64,000 nucleotides of DNA. Source: a virus (lineage: Duplodnaviria; Caudoviricetes). The stretch lies in the IMG/VR virus record IMGVR_UViG_3300027759_000043; one strand, given 5' to 3'. The notes under the pieces are model-generated. The model was given only the letters and a program-made list of their open reading frames with translations, was not told the origin of the DNA and searched no databases. Both the position numbers and the translations under genes were made by a program. Positions within the stretch are counted from its first letter, which is position 1. Each line of letters begins with the position of its first letter. Of the stretch, positions 17,721 to 27,849 are shown piece by piece.

Positions 17721-18754
17721 TTTATATTCCTAATTTGTTGTTCTGCGTAGTCTGGATCACTCCAGTGATACTCATATGTAGCCTGTGCTGTACTGGTACG
17801 TATTTTATACACGTTTTGATGTTGACTCAATTGCGAGTATATGTTGTCCCAGTCTTCTGTACCAAACGACCTCGAGAGATCAACTTGCCCGATGCAAGGG
17901 TGGCCGATTGTAAGACTTGCATCATCTGGGTCAAATCCATTCCGTTCAAGCCATAGTCGAAATTCTGCCAACTGCTTGATTTGCCAAGGGAATGAGCCGG
18001 GATCACGGGCCCATTCAATATCAAAGTCACCAGCCGCTTGAGTCTGGACACGTAGTCCTGTAGTAACCAATTCTGAAATTCTCGAATCTCTACCTTCATC
18101 TTGAAATACCTCCCAGTGATGCTTGCCCACTGCTTTATTTACACCCACATACACACCGCCCAATTTTCTGTTGATTGTGTCTATACCAAACAATTCTAAA
18201 TCTTCAGCATCTAATTCATAGCGCGGAGCGTTTAACCAACACATGAGTTGTGATGGTCTGCGCCATTCAGGTGCAGTTCGGGCTTTGCGTATGCTAAGTA
18301 CCAGGCTTTCAAACTCATGACATAGCAAATTTAACTGGCGTATGTGCCAACGTGTGTAGTCATCGGCTGAATCATAATAGGAACTCATGGCTCCGGCTGT
18401 TCCTTGTAAGTCTTCAAAGTAACGATGCAGTTGATTCATGTGTGCATGATCCACCCCTCCATTGTCAGCAACGGTGTTGGCCGGGGAGAAGAAGTCTTGT
18501 ATGGTATAGCCTAGGTTGGCTGAGTTGATGGCGTGTATACTGCGATTGATTTGAGTACACAGGTATTCAGGATTGCGAGCACTTTCAGCCCAACCCAACC
18601 AGCAGTAATTCTTTTCCAAATGTAGATTATTTTGAATAATATTATTCAACGCCGCAAGCCATTTACGGCTGAGACTGTTGTCCTCGACATCTATGTGTAC
18701 CGTTAAAATTTCATTGTTATGACCGCGCAGGTCCATTTCGATATGATCAAGCAA
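17717..18754 (-). CDS. hypothetical protein in the modification cluster
   Basis: 345-aa ORF coupled to both neighbours; no motif recognised. Confidence 0.7.
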   Translation of the reverse strand: MLDHIEMDLRGHNNEILTVHIDVEDNSLSRKWLAALNNIIQNNLHLEKNYCWLGWAESARNPEYLCTQINRSIHAINSANLGYTIQDFFSPANTVADNGGVDHAHMNQLHRYFEDLQGTAGAMSSYYDSADDYTRWHIRQLNLLCHEFESLVLSIRKARTAPEWRRPSQLMCWLNAPRYELDAEDLELFGIDTINRKLGGVYVGVNKAVGKHHWEVFQDEGRDSRISELVTTGLRVQTQAAGDFDIEWARDPGSFPWQIKQLAEFRLWLERNGFDPDDASLTIGHPCIGQVDLSRSFGTEDWDNIYSQLSQHQNVYKIRTSTAQATYEYHWSDPDYAEQQIRNIK

Positions 18755-20036
18755 TTTTCATCCACCATTCTAGTACTTCTGGTCGCGAGCCCAGGATATC
18801 TGTCATTGTTACTGACTGTGTTCTTATCTGTTCTAATTGTAAAACACGAACCTTGCCCTTGACAAGAGCCGCTTGGTATTGATCCGGCCACTGTTCTGCA
18901 AATGTGGGCCGGGTCTTTAATTGTAACAGTACATCACGCATGGCACCTGCGGAGCGGCCTGCTAGTTCGTCAACCCATGGATCCAGCACGGCTCTAGGCA
19001 ATGCTAGTGGACTCATAATGATATCTGGCGAGAAACTAAAGATAACTTTGGCCAGTAGTTCTACTCCAAACTGTCGCGCCAATTGTTGTATCGCATCAAC
19101 TTCGAGCATTCCGGGCAACGTGAGTGTAAAATCAATGCGCATTTGTCTGGGGGTTGTTGCGTAACGTAGTCCGTGTTCAAAATTACGCTTGAACTGTTCA
19201 TAATCCAATCCTGTACGAATATATTCCCCAATCTCGTTAGTTCCATCCAATGAAGCACATATTTGCCAGTCCCGGACATGGCTGAGAATATCGCCAAAAA
19301 GATCCATGCCGCGATAATTAATTCTGCTAAGGTTTGTATTATATCTAGCATACAGTCGAGGTCCATCTCCTAATTCAATTATTCGTCGCATGTAACGCCA
19401 ATGCTGTTCATACATTAGGGGTTCACCGCCAACCCAGTATATTTCTTCTACTGCATGTCGTTCCACGGCGGCAGCAAATTCGGCTTCAACCTGATTCTCC
19501 TGAAAGTGTGCGATCTGTCCACGTATATCTGTTCGCATCCAATTGTTCTTTGGATTTGATAAGTCAACCATGTTGTTCTGTTTTTGTTCACTTTCCCAGG
19601 CCGAGGATAGCATGTCGCCACAGGTTCTGCATTTGAAGTTACACAAGTTGCTGAACCTATAATCCCACGACACAGGAGCCATAGTTGTAGAACCATCCTC
19701 ACTAGTGGATGCAAATATCTCGGGTAATTTATGCTGAAATAAATGGTCGAAGTATGTTCGATATACATTGGTGTTTAAAAGTCGATCGTTGCAGACTTCG
19801 CATTCGGGCAGGGTTTCTCCAGCCATCATTCTGCGGCGCACTGACTTCATATGCTCTGAATTCCAGTGACCCTCTAGTGTAATGGGAATATACTTTCCTG
19901 TGCCCGAACTCGTATCTATATACTGCTCAAAGTTCTGCGCTGGTTCTCTTGACGCACAACACATCCTGCGTTCGGTCTGCGGTGAAAGATATGTATGCAC
20001 CCAGGGCGCAAGACACATGGTATCAGGTTTCTGCAT
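18747..20036 (-). CDS. radical SAM enzyme with N-terminal auxiliary Fe-S (SPASM/twitch-like) domain
   Basis: CLAPW...RMCC...CEVC; CNFKCRTC; VGGEP; YNTN; CASLDG. Confidence 0.88.
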   Translation of the reverse strand: MQKPDTMCLAPWVHTYLSPQTERRMCCASREPAQNFEQYIDTSSGTGKYIPITLEGHWNSEHMKSVRRRMMAGETLPECEVCNDRLLNTNVYRTYFDHLFQHKLPEIFASTSEDGSTTMAPVSWDYRFSNLCNFKCRTCGDMLSSAWESEQKQNNMVDLSNPKNNWMRTDIRGQIAHFQENQVEAEFAAAVERHAVEEIYWVGGEPLMYEQHWRYMRRIIELGDGPRLYARYNTNLSRINYRGMDLFGDILSHVRDWQICASLDGTNEIGEYIRTGLDYEQFKRNFEHGLRYATTPRQMRIDFTLTLPGMLEVDAIQQLARQFGVELLAKVIFSFSPDIIMSPLALPRAVLDPWVDELAGRSAGAMRDVLLQLKTRPTFAEQWPDQYQAALVKGKVRVLQLEQIRTQSVTMTDILGSRPEVLEWWMKIA

Positions 20037-20925
20037 ATGATATCAAAGGTTCAACAATTTCTTTAAATATACGTTGTTCTACTAATTCTTTATTAAAAAA
20101 TAAATTATGATTGTGTTTGAGTTTGCCAATGGTAATAGAATCATATGGAATTTTATAAAAGTTATCTATGTTTGCTATAACAGTATTTAATCTTGCATCA
20201 AAATCTTCTATGTTGTCATATGATTCGTCAAATATATTATCATATGTTTCAAATCCCAATTCTTTTAATCTTTTTAATGTATGATGTTGTCCAATAATTA
20301 AAAATGGATGATAATAAGCGCATGCCTTGAATGTTTTGTCAGTGGGCCACCAGCAGTCCCCAATTTGGCTAGTTTCCACTACGGTGCTAAAATAAGTGTC
20401 ATCGTACCACTCAGAGTTGAAAAATCGTTGATAATTTGGATCTATTGTTGTTGTATCATTGGGTAGTTTTTTGTCTTGATAACTCCATATGAAATTTTCA
20501 AGCCTGGCCCCTAGTAAATCAATTATTGCTTTTCGTTCTTTGCTTGGTCGTCTGACCGACATAAATGATAGTTTTTTATATGTTTTCTTAGGTACATAAT
20601 TATGATATCCTAAATGTTGCCACCATAAACTTTCGTTATACCAACACCAATTTTTATTATTCAATTCATAATAGTTGTTGCTGTATTCCGATCTGGGGAG
20701 TTCCCAAAGATTGTCAATTATCACAATGTGACCTGAATTTTTTAACTGGCGACTATATTTGTCATCAGCGTTCATCCACCAGACTGCAAAAAGGGTTGAT
20801 TTGTCATATGTTTTTTCACTATCAAACCATTCAATATCAAAATATTCTTGCCAAAAACTTTCTAGATAGAAACTAGTAAAACTAGTGAATTCGTCTGGTC
20901 TCAAAATTAACTTGACTTTAGACAT
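20023..20925 (-). CDS. TEK-family putative glycosyltransferase, paralogue 3
   Basis: WPTDKTFKACAYYHPF...LGFETYDNIFDESYD; start adjusted to MSKVKL; very AT-rich. Confidence 0.55.
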   Translation of the reverse strand: MSKVKLILRPDEFTSFTSFYLESFWQEYFDIEWFDSEKTYDKSTLFAVWWMNADDKYSRQLKNSGHIVIIDNLWELPRSEYSNNYYELNNKNWCWYNESLWWQHLGYHNYVPKKTYKKLSFMSVRRPSKERKAIIDLLGARLENFIWSYQDKKLPNDTTTIDPNYQRFFNSEWYDDTYFSTVVETSQIGDCWWPTDKTFKACAYYHPFLIIGQHHTLKRLKELGFETYDNIFDESYDNIEDFDARLNTVIANIDNFYKIPYDSITIGKLKHNHNLFFNKELVEQRIFKEIVEPLISYAET

Positions 20926-22123
20926 AGTTAAGTAATTTTGCCAGTTCAGGGGCAACAGTGGCTAAATTTTGTTCACGGCGGCTGTCTAATTTTTGTATTT
21001 GCTTTCGAATTTCAACACCATCAGTTGATTGGCCACGTATCATGAAATCAATGATGCCCGCAAAGTCTTCCTTGTACTTAGACGGACTTAATGCAGTATT
21101 TAAATGATTAGCGACGGCTTGTTTTGCAGAATCAGGCAATGCGCCAATGGAAAAATACGGTGCATCATGCATGATATTCCAGTATACAAAATCAAAGCCT
21201 TGTACACTGATCCAGTGTGCCAGTTGGTCGATATAACGAACATTGAATATATTCACGGTGGAACAACATTGCAGTTGAATATTAGAATGCTGCCGACGTA
21301 TTTGACGGAACAGTTCAAGATTTCTTTGAACATCAACCCATTTAGCACCAGTGCGCTGATATTCAAATCGTTCACACAAGTCATCGATACTAAATGCAAT
21401 CTCCACTGTTTTAAAATGCTTCCAAATTTCAATAGCATCCGCTGGATACTGAGTGCCATTGGTATTGTAGTGTATTTCGACTTGGTGTGCTATGCCACGG
21501 TCCACTATGCCTTGTAACATAGTAAAATGTTCTTCAATCATAAAGGGCTCGCCGCCTGTAAATTCAATGTAACGAATGTCGTTAAGTACTGAATCAATCT
21601 GTGTCCAAAATTGATCATTTTCTCTGGGCCAACGTCCGGCCTTTAACATTTGATAAGCAAAACTTGTCTTGCTGTGCGCTTCTATTGAAGTTGCGATTTC
21701 TTCTACAGCAAAACTACTGCTAGACCAAGACCCGCATATACGGCATTTGAGATTGCAGATGTTGCCCAATTTAAGGTCAAGGAACATGAGTGGCTTGGCG
21801 TCCCGAGTCCATTCCGTACTAATGCCCATGTGCTTGAGTCTGTCTAGTGTGTGCATACGTTTACTAGTACGCCCAGCGTCTTCCTCATTCCAACACTTGC
21901 GGCAAGTGGCGGGTTGTTTTCCTGCTAAGAATGCTTGTCGCAATTGGTACATGTATTCGCTATTTTGAATATCTCGAAAATTAGCAGACTTCAAGTTAAA
22001 CTTGACACTATTACTGTCTACAATTTCATCATCGGCCAAGCAACAGGGACGCACTGTACCTATAGGGCTGGCTTCTAGGCTTACCCAGGGCAATACACAA
22101 AATTTATCGTGTGGTAAATTCAT
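20918..22123 (-). CDS. radical SAM enzyme with N-terminal SPASM/twitch-like domain
   Basis: CVLPW...RPCC...CRKC; CNLKCRIC; TGGEP; YNTNG; FSIDD. Confidence 0.88.
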   Translation of the reverse strand: MNLPHDKFCVLPWVSLEASPIGTVRPCCLADDEIVDSNSVKFNLKSANFRDIQNSEYMYQLRQAFLAGKQPATCRKCWNEEDAGRTSKRMHTLDRLKHMGISTEWTRDAKPLMFLDLKLGNICNLKCRICGSWSSSSFAVEEIATSIEAHSKTSFAYQMLKAGRWPRENDQFWTQIDSVLNDIRYIEFTGGEPFMIEEHFTMLQGIVDRGIAHQVEIHYNTNGTQYPADAIEIWKHFKTVEIAFSIDDLCERFEYQRTGAKWVDVQRNLELFRQIRRQHSNIQLQCCSTVNIFNVRYIDQLAHWISVQGFDFVYWNIMHDAPYFSIGALPDSAKQAVANHLNTALSPSKYKEDFAGIIDFMIRGQSTDGVEIRKQIQKLDSRREQNLATVAPELAKLLNYV

Positions 22124-23382
22124 TTCAAAACCTTGAGTTCAGGAAGCACGTCCAAGACGTTTTCATTTCTAATGTCATCCAGTTCGTGCGTTTTACGCCA
22201 GAATGTGTCGATCAACTGTGTATTGTCTGTTGCGTTCATGAATTGAATGGCTGATTGAAATCCTTGCGTGGCACGACCCAATGGATCTCTATCACTCATC
22301 CAGGACAAATGCTTACGGTATTTTTCTTCTAGTCGTTGTTTGTACTCAACCGTAGCAATATCTATTCTATAGTATGCTGGATCTTGCAAAATGTTTACAT
22401 TTAAATCTTGTGGCTGAATTAGTCCAGCGGCACACCATTCTCTGTGAAAGTCTGGCAAATGCCAAGCATTTAATATGCTGAGTGTGGGCGAAATGTAAAA
22501 GTCTACATTGGGACACGTTGCAATCATTCTGTGACGATTCTGCACAACGTCCGACCATCGGGTACCTTTGCGTATGTATTCGGCAGGATGGCCCATGCCG
22601 TCCAATGACGCACCCACTGCCACTGAGTCAAACTGTCGCCAGTATTCAAATACTGAACGGCCTTTTAGATCTATGTGCGTGAAATTTGTATTGTAGATTA
22701 ATCGTACATCAAAGCGTTTTCTCTTTACCAGTTCTTCTAAGATGTTGTAGTGTTCTTCCATCAGCAATGGCTCGCCACCTGCGAAGTAGATTTGTTCTAC
22801 ATAGTCCAAATGCGGTTCTAATTGTGTCCACATGTCTGTTTCTGTGCGCCCTGCATAGTTAAGAACTGCGTTGCGATCTTTCCATTCAGGGCCTGCTAAT
22901 TTCACTTGATCCTGGTACCATTGGCTTGAAAAGATATGCCCACATGAGCGACATTTTAAATTGCAAAGATTGCTGAAACGAATATCCCAATAGGTCATTT
23001 CAAACGGATTAGCATCTAATTTTTTAACATGATGCCCGTGATGTTTATTTGCTGATCGGCGTCCTGAAAAGAATCCCGATTGTTCTTGTTCATAACAACG
23101 TACACAAGCGGCATGTGGCGTTTCACTCAGCATATCAGCACGTAACTGTTGCATAGGCTTGTCCTGCCATATTTCTTCAAGCGTGTTTGTTCTACAGTTG
23201 CCCACTACTCCTGGCTTCATTTCAGCATGACAGCAAGGATATGCTTCACCTGTGGGATATGCATGCAAATGAATCCAAGGATAGATACAGAATGTCTTGG
23301 AGTCTTCTAGCAAGAAACGTTCACGCTCGGTGAGTTCTGTGGCACGTACTAGATCAGTAGAGTTATACTTGTATTGCGTCAT
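22120..23382 (-). CDS. radical SAM enzyme with N-terminal SPASM/twitch-like domain
   Basis: CIYPW...YPCC...CVRC; CNLKCRSC; AGGEP; YNTN; ASLDG. Confidence 0.88.
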   Translation of the reverse strand: MTQYKYNSTDLVRATELTERERFLLEDSKTFCIYPWIHLHAYPTGEAYPCCHAEMKPGVVGNCRTNTLEEIWQDKPMQQLRADMLSETPHAACVRCYEQEQSGFFSGRRSANKHHGHHVKKLDANPFEMTYWDIRFSNLCNLKCRSCGHIFSSQWYQDQVKLAGPEWKDRNAVLNYAGRTETDMWTQLEPHLDYVEQIYFAGGEPLLMEEHYNILEELVKRKRFDVRLIYNTNFTHIDLKGRSVFEYWRQFDSVAVGASLDGMGHPAEYIRKGTRWSDVVQNRHRMIATCPNVDFYISPTLSILNAWHLPDFHREWCAAGLIQPQDLNVNILQDPAYYRIDIATVEYKQRLEEKYRKHLSWMSDRDPLGRATQGFQSAIQFMNATDNTQLIDTFWRKTHELDDIRNENVLDVLPELKVLK

Positions 23383-24700
23383 ACCATTCTTTTAATTCAG
23401 GAAATACAGCACTAAAGTCTTTGCCACGACGTTGATCGTATTGTGTATAGAACTGTTTAAAGTCATTCAATAACCGGGGCCGATCAAATGCTTCTGAGTG
23501 CGGGGTCTTGACCACATCCAAATAATCAATCAAGCGTTGGGTGTGATTGACTTCGTGTTCGTGAATGAACTCACTATCAGCCCAGTGCGCCAACCAGGTC
23601 TCCAAGCGTTGTCTATACACTATGCGCTGGGCATCAGGCAATACCAGCGGCGACTGAAAACTGGGAAAGCGCAAGATATTTAATGTAAACGAAACAGCAT
23701 CTTGACCGTATTCCAGTTTCCAATTCATTATGCACTCTAGTAATTGATCCAAGGTGCTTAAACATAGTGCGTTGACAGTACACATAACATGTATACCACG
23801 GAACTGTCCTGAATCTAGCAAGCGTTCTACGTTGTTAGCCCATTCATCCCACACAAGTCCATCACGTATATATTCTGCCTGAGTTGATATTGACTCATTG
23901 CTGGTGTACAAGTCGATTGCCATTCCGGCTGTGCTGGCAAGCAGTCGGTCAACATCAACTTCGGTTCCCAAGTTACTATTGATAGCCAAACGTGTGTGAC
24001 TCTTGCCCTGATTTGTTTTAAACCAATCAATAAGGCGCCAGGTGTGGGCCGACATGAGGGGCTCTCCTCCGGTGATTCTAAGTTCCTGGAGTGTATGATG
24101 TAGGTCTGATTCCCACCATGCGAAAAATGCATCAATGTAGGGATTACTCTCCGTGATCTTAAACAACTGAGCACTATCATGGGTGTGGGTAAAGTGATTG
24201 CGCCCGTCACTAACAAGATTGTTGTAGGGTCCGTTGCGTCGAATATCACTAACCCAAGTTGTGCTAAAAGCAGGGTTGCAGTAACTGCAAGCAAATTGAC
24301 AAGTACGATCAAAAGCAATTTCCAGTGTACGGAGATTGATCTCTTGCATTGCAGGAGTATTAAATGCGTCATGTAAGGCCTCTATGGGATATATTTTACT
24401 CTTGTACACACGGTCACTAACAGCATCCTTGCCCATGTCCTCAATCTTCCAGCAGTATTCACAACCTTTAGGTCGTTCACCTGCAAGCATTTTACGTCTG
24501 TCTTCTTTCTTTTGATCAGTATTGTGCAACAGCCTAGGGTTGGCCTGGACTTTATCAATGTCCACCAAATGGGCTGGAGGGTGGTGACAACTTGTGGTCA
24601 TACCAGAGCCTAACCAAATAGTGGCATTGTACCATTTGGCCGCACAAAAACTATCAGATAGTTTGTCTAAAACTTCATGTTTGAATTCTAAATCGTTCAC
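23363..24700 (-). CDS. radical SAM enzyme (second subfamily)
   Basis: CAAKW...SCHHP...CEYCW; CQFACSYC; TGGEP; INSN. Confidence 0.88.
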   Translation of the reverse strand: MNDLEFKHEVLDKLSDSFCAAKWYNATIWLGSGMTTSCHHPPAHLVDIDKVQANPRLLHNTDQKKEDRRKMLAGERPKGCEYCWKIEDMGKDAVSDRVYKSKIYPIEALHDAFNTPAMQEINLRTLEIAFDRTCQFACSYCNPAFSTTWVSDIRRNGPYNNLVSDGRNHFTHTHDSAQLFKITESNPYIDAFFAWWESDLHHTLQELRITGGEPLMSAHTWRLIDWFKTNQGKSHTRLAINSNLGTEVDVDRLLASTAGMAIDLYTSNESISTQAEYIRDGLVWDEWANNVERLLDSGQFRGIHVMCTVNALCLSTLDQLLECIMNWKLEYGQDAVSFTLNILRFPSFQSPLVLPDAQRIVYRQRLETWLAHWADSEFIHEHEVNHTQRLIDYLDVVKTPHSEAFDRPRLLNDFKQFYTQYDQRRGKDFSAVFPELKEWYDAIQV

Positions 24701-25806
24701 AAATTATTTTGGATAAAATTAACAAAACGGTCAGGAAATTCGCTAAAGATTCTAGGTCCTTCTGCCGCCAAGTGTTGTTGATTATACTTAGTTACTGCTC
24801 GACTTGCAACCAGAAATTCCGCCAGATTGCTCTCACATAAGTCTTGCACCACTTGGGCTATTCGATCCAATCGATCTTGATTGTTGTCTATTGAGTCAAA
24901 TGATTCATCAATCAGGTGATCAAATGTTTGGAATCCTGCGCGACGCAAGTCGCGATAAAAACCGCAATTGGCCACTGCCACAAAAGGATGACCCATGGCA
25001 ATGGGTTTGTAAATTTTTTCACTACGCAGGCTGTAAGGGTAGTCAAACACAGTTTCTGACACCAAACTGAAATAGGTATCTATGTAGGGTTCAGCACGAA
25101 TATACACGTCGCCCCATTTGTTATCAAACAATTCGTGTTTGACAAATGCATGTTGATATTGGTCTTTTTGTCCTGCATGAAATTGTTCTACTTCATATTC
25201 GGCGGGTAACAGTTGTATCTTGTTGGGTCTCTCAAACAGATCAGTCGAATAGGTGTGATGGTATACTGGGGTAGTGTCCAAGTTGGTCCAAAGTGCATGT
25301 GCCAACAGGCCAGCATCACGCATGAGTTCTATCATGTATTTTCTGTGTGGTCTCGTGCGTCCATTCAAGAAAAGAAACTTATAGGGTTTGTGTAATTTGT
25401 TATAGATTTCACCTACACGAGCACCTTGTTTGGCATTGCTTTCATAACAGGTTGCTCTGTAAGCATAATGATCGTACACCATGCAGTTGAGTTCAGGCTC
25501 CATATCTCCGCACCCAACTAATAATAATTTCTTGTTTCGAATTAGATCTATCAATCCTAGTCGTTGGCATTGTAATTTAAGAGTAATCGATCCTTCTGAT
25601 GGATTGGCCAGTACGGGTAAGCAAATCTCTGCAAGTTGTTTCACACGATCTGCATAACGATTTACAGTTTGTCTGGCCAGCACAACAATGTCATTAGGCT
25701 GGGGTTCGTATTGCTCAAAATCCCAAAATGTATCATCTACGAGATGTTGTATTTCTGTGTGTATCTCGCAGGAAGTATCGCATACAAGTCTGTGGTTACC
25801 TAGCAT
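24697..25806 (-). CDS. TEK-family putative glycosyltransferase, paralogue 4
   Basis: LRSEKIYKPIAMGHPF...AGFQTFDHLIDESFD; FLFLNGRTRPHR; start adjusted to MLGNHR. Confidence 0.55.
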   Translation of the reverse strand: MLGNHRLVCDTSCEIHTEIQHLVDDTFWDFEQYEPQPNDIVVLARQTVNRYADRVKQLAEICLPVLANPSEGSITLKLQCQRLGLIDLIRNKKLLLVGCGDMEPELNCMVYDHYAYRATCYESNAKQGARVGEIYNKLHKPYKFLFLNGRTRPHRKYMIELMRDAGLLAHALWTNLDTTPVYHHTYSTDLFERPNKIQLLPAEYEVEQFHAGQKDQYQHAFVKHELFDNKWGDVYIRAEPYIDTYFSLVSETVFDYPYSLRSEKIYKPIAMGHPFVAVANCGFYRDLRRAGFQTFDHLIDESFDSIDNNQDRLDRIAQVVQDLCESNLAEFLVASRAVTKYNQQHLAAEGPRIFSEFPDRFVNFIQNNL

Positions 25807-27169
25807 GATATCTGCACTCGTCCCACCACGACCGCATTTCAGGGAATGTGTTTGAGAAGTCTGTGCCACGTCGACGATCATGTTCCGCAAAGAATCTGTA
25901 AAAGTCTGCACGTGCCTTGGAGTGATCTTGTGCTTGCGCACTGCGCATCCAAGCAATGTCTCTATCCAATCGAGCCACTTCGTAGTCTTTGAATCCTTGG
26001 TGCGGGTATCGTGGATCTTCCATGTGTTCTAGCATGAACTGTTTGACTTCTTCCAATTTAAGAGCATAACTCTCAGGTAATATTTGTAAACTCTGCCAAC
26101 TGGGTGTGCGTAGTACAGGAGTATCAAACCATACTCGCTGATAAGTTCGGCTATGTGTTCTTCTCAAAAATAATATCCAACCCAGTAAAGATTTTAATCC
26201 TGTTACAGAGAGATTGTTCATGGTAATGATAAATGTGAGACTGTTATAACTAGGCACTTTGGTCAAGTAGCGGTTCACATTGTCGAACATTCGCATGTAG
26301 TCAAGTCCATGGCGTATGTATTCGGCTTGTGCTGGTATTCCAGAGTCCACACTCACATACTGCATAAAGTGTTCAATGCGTCCGTCACAAATGTTCTTTA
26401 CGTAGTCAAGGTATCGTTTGAACAATTCAGGTTCTACAGAGAAGTTACTGGTAACGTTCAGATGTAGTTTTTTACTAGGGTTAGCCAACACATAATCAAA
26501 CACCCGATAAGTGTTCTTGTCCATTAGCGGCTCGCCACCGGTCATACGGAAGTGTTCTAGTTCAGGGTATAGCGTCGGCCACCAAGACCAAAATGCTTCA
26601 ACATACGGATTGTGTTCGCGAACTGGGATGGGTTGTCTATTACCCATAAAATGCGATGGATCATTATGGGTAGTACTAGTTGGATAGCCACCATCACGGG
26701 CAACTTCATCAGCCCAACTACTACTAAACTGAGGACTACAATAACTACACTTGAGGTTACAAGCATGGTTAAAGTTGACTTCCACATAAGAAGGAATAAC
26801 ATCTTCATCTCCTGAGGAGTTTTTAATTTTTTCAAAGTCTACTGCGGCCCAGGGCTCACCTGAACGATAATGCCTGTCACTTAGTTTGCCTTGGTCTTCC
26901 ATGTTCCAACAATAGGAACATTCTGCAGGACGCTCCTGACGCAACATTATTCGACGCTGTTCTTTTTTGTGTTCAGTATTGTGCAAGGCCGCAGGATTGG
27001 CGGCAATGGCCACAGAATCTATAGCATGCAAGGGCGGATGGTAACAGGAGTTGTTGAGTCCTGTGGGCAAGTGTAAACTCACTTGTTTCCATTTGGCCAA
27101 GCACAGTGCATGTCCCAGTTGAGCCTGCATGTGTTCTGCGGCATTTAAAAAATTTGATTTTTCAGCCAT
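25796..27169 (-). CDS. radical SAM enzyme (second subfamily)
   Basis: CLAKW...SCYHP...CSYCW; CNLKCSYC; TGGEP; VTSN; VSVDS. Confidence 0.88.
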   Translation of the reverse strand: MAEKSNFLNAAEHMQAQLGHALCLAKWKQVSLHLPTGLNNSCYHPPLHAIDSVAIAANPAALHNTEHKKEQRRIMLRQERPAECSYCWNMEDQGKLSDRHYRSGEPWAAVDFEKIKNSSGDEDVIPSYVEVNFNHACNLKCSYCSPQFSSSWADEVARDGGYPTSTTHNDPSHFMGNRQPIPVREHNPYVEAFWSWWPTLYPELEHFRMTGGEPLMDKNTYRVFDYVLANPSKKLHLNVTSNFSVEPELFKRYLDYVKNICDGRIEHFMQYVSVDSGIPAQAEYIRHGLDYMRMFDNVNRYLTKVPSYNSLTFIITMNNLSVTGLKSLLGWILFLRRTHSRTYQRVWFDTPVLRTPSWQSLQILPESYALKLEEVKQFMLEHMEDPRYPHQGFKDYEVARLDRDIAWMRSAQAQDHSKARADFYRFFAEHDRRRGTDFSNTFPEMRSWWDECRYHAR

Positions 27170-27849
27170 TGTTCCACTCTAGGTTTTAGATATTGTGCAA
27201 ATTCTTCATTGGCTTTGGGAGTAGGATGTTCATGACAAAAATATCCCTCATCTTCCCACCAACACCATTCTTTGATCTGTTCATCCCAAGCGAAGGTAGC
27301 GGCACGGCCTGGCCTAATACCATTACTATGCATGCGCCAGCCCACATCACTGGCTCCCCAGCCATGCACAAACCACTGCGAATTTAAAGTTTGTGCTATC
27401 CATTGTTGCCAACTGGCACATAACACATCAAACCCATATTCCTGTGCTAGTGTTGTGTCAACGTCACTGAGACCTCCAATAAATGCAATAGGATTTTCTA
27501 CTCTTGCTCGAATCTCACTCATTATAGCATGATTTAGCCTAGTACGCAACTCAAACATGTCCTCTCGTTCGATCCATTCGTGAGGCGGTGCATTTTGTAT
27601 GCGTCCGTAATCTCTGCCGGGCTCGGTCCATACCCAAATCACAGGTACTGTAGACGGAACACGCATGTCGATCAATTTATCCAAGCAAGCAAGATTGCCT
27701 TGTCCTGGGCTCAAACAATGCTGATAAGGCCAAGGCCAATGGTCGGCCAGCCTAACATCGCCGGGCAATGGTTGTTGATTACCTTTGTCGTAATTGCTAT
27801 CAGTAAACCCTTTGAGTGCCCAACTATCTCCGGCAAATATGTATGTCAT
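27145..27849 (-). CDS. SGNH-like hypothetical protein
   Basis: FAGDSW N-terminal motif and C-terminal HEHPT. Confidence 0.55.
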   Translation of the reverse strand: MTYIFAGDSWALKGFTDSNYDKGNQQPLPGDVRLADHWPWPYQHCLSPGQGNLACLDKLIDMRVPSTVPVIWVWTEPGRDYGRIQNAPPHEWIEREDMFELRTRLNHAIMSEIRARVENPIAFIGGLSDVDTTLAQEYGFDVLCASWQQWIAQTLNSQWFVHGWGASDVGWRMHSNGIRPGRAATFAWDEQIKEWCWWEDEGYFCHEHPTPKANEEFAQYLKPRVEQWLKNQIF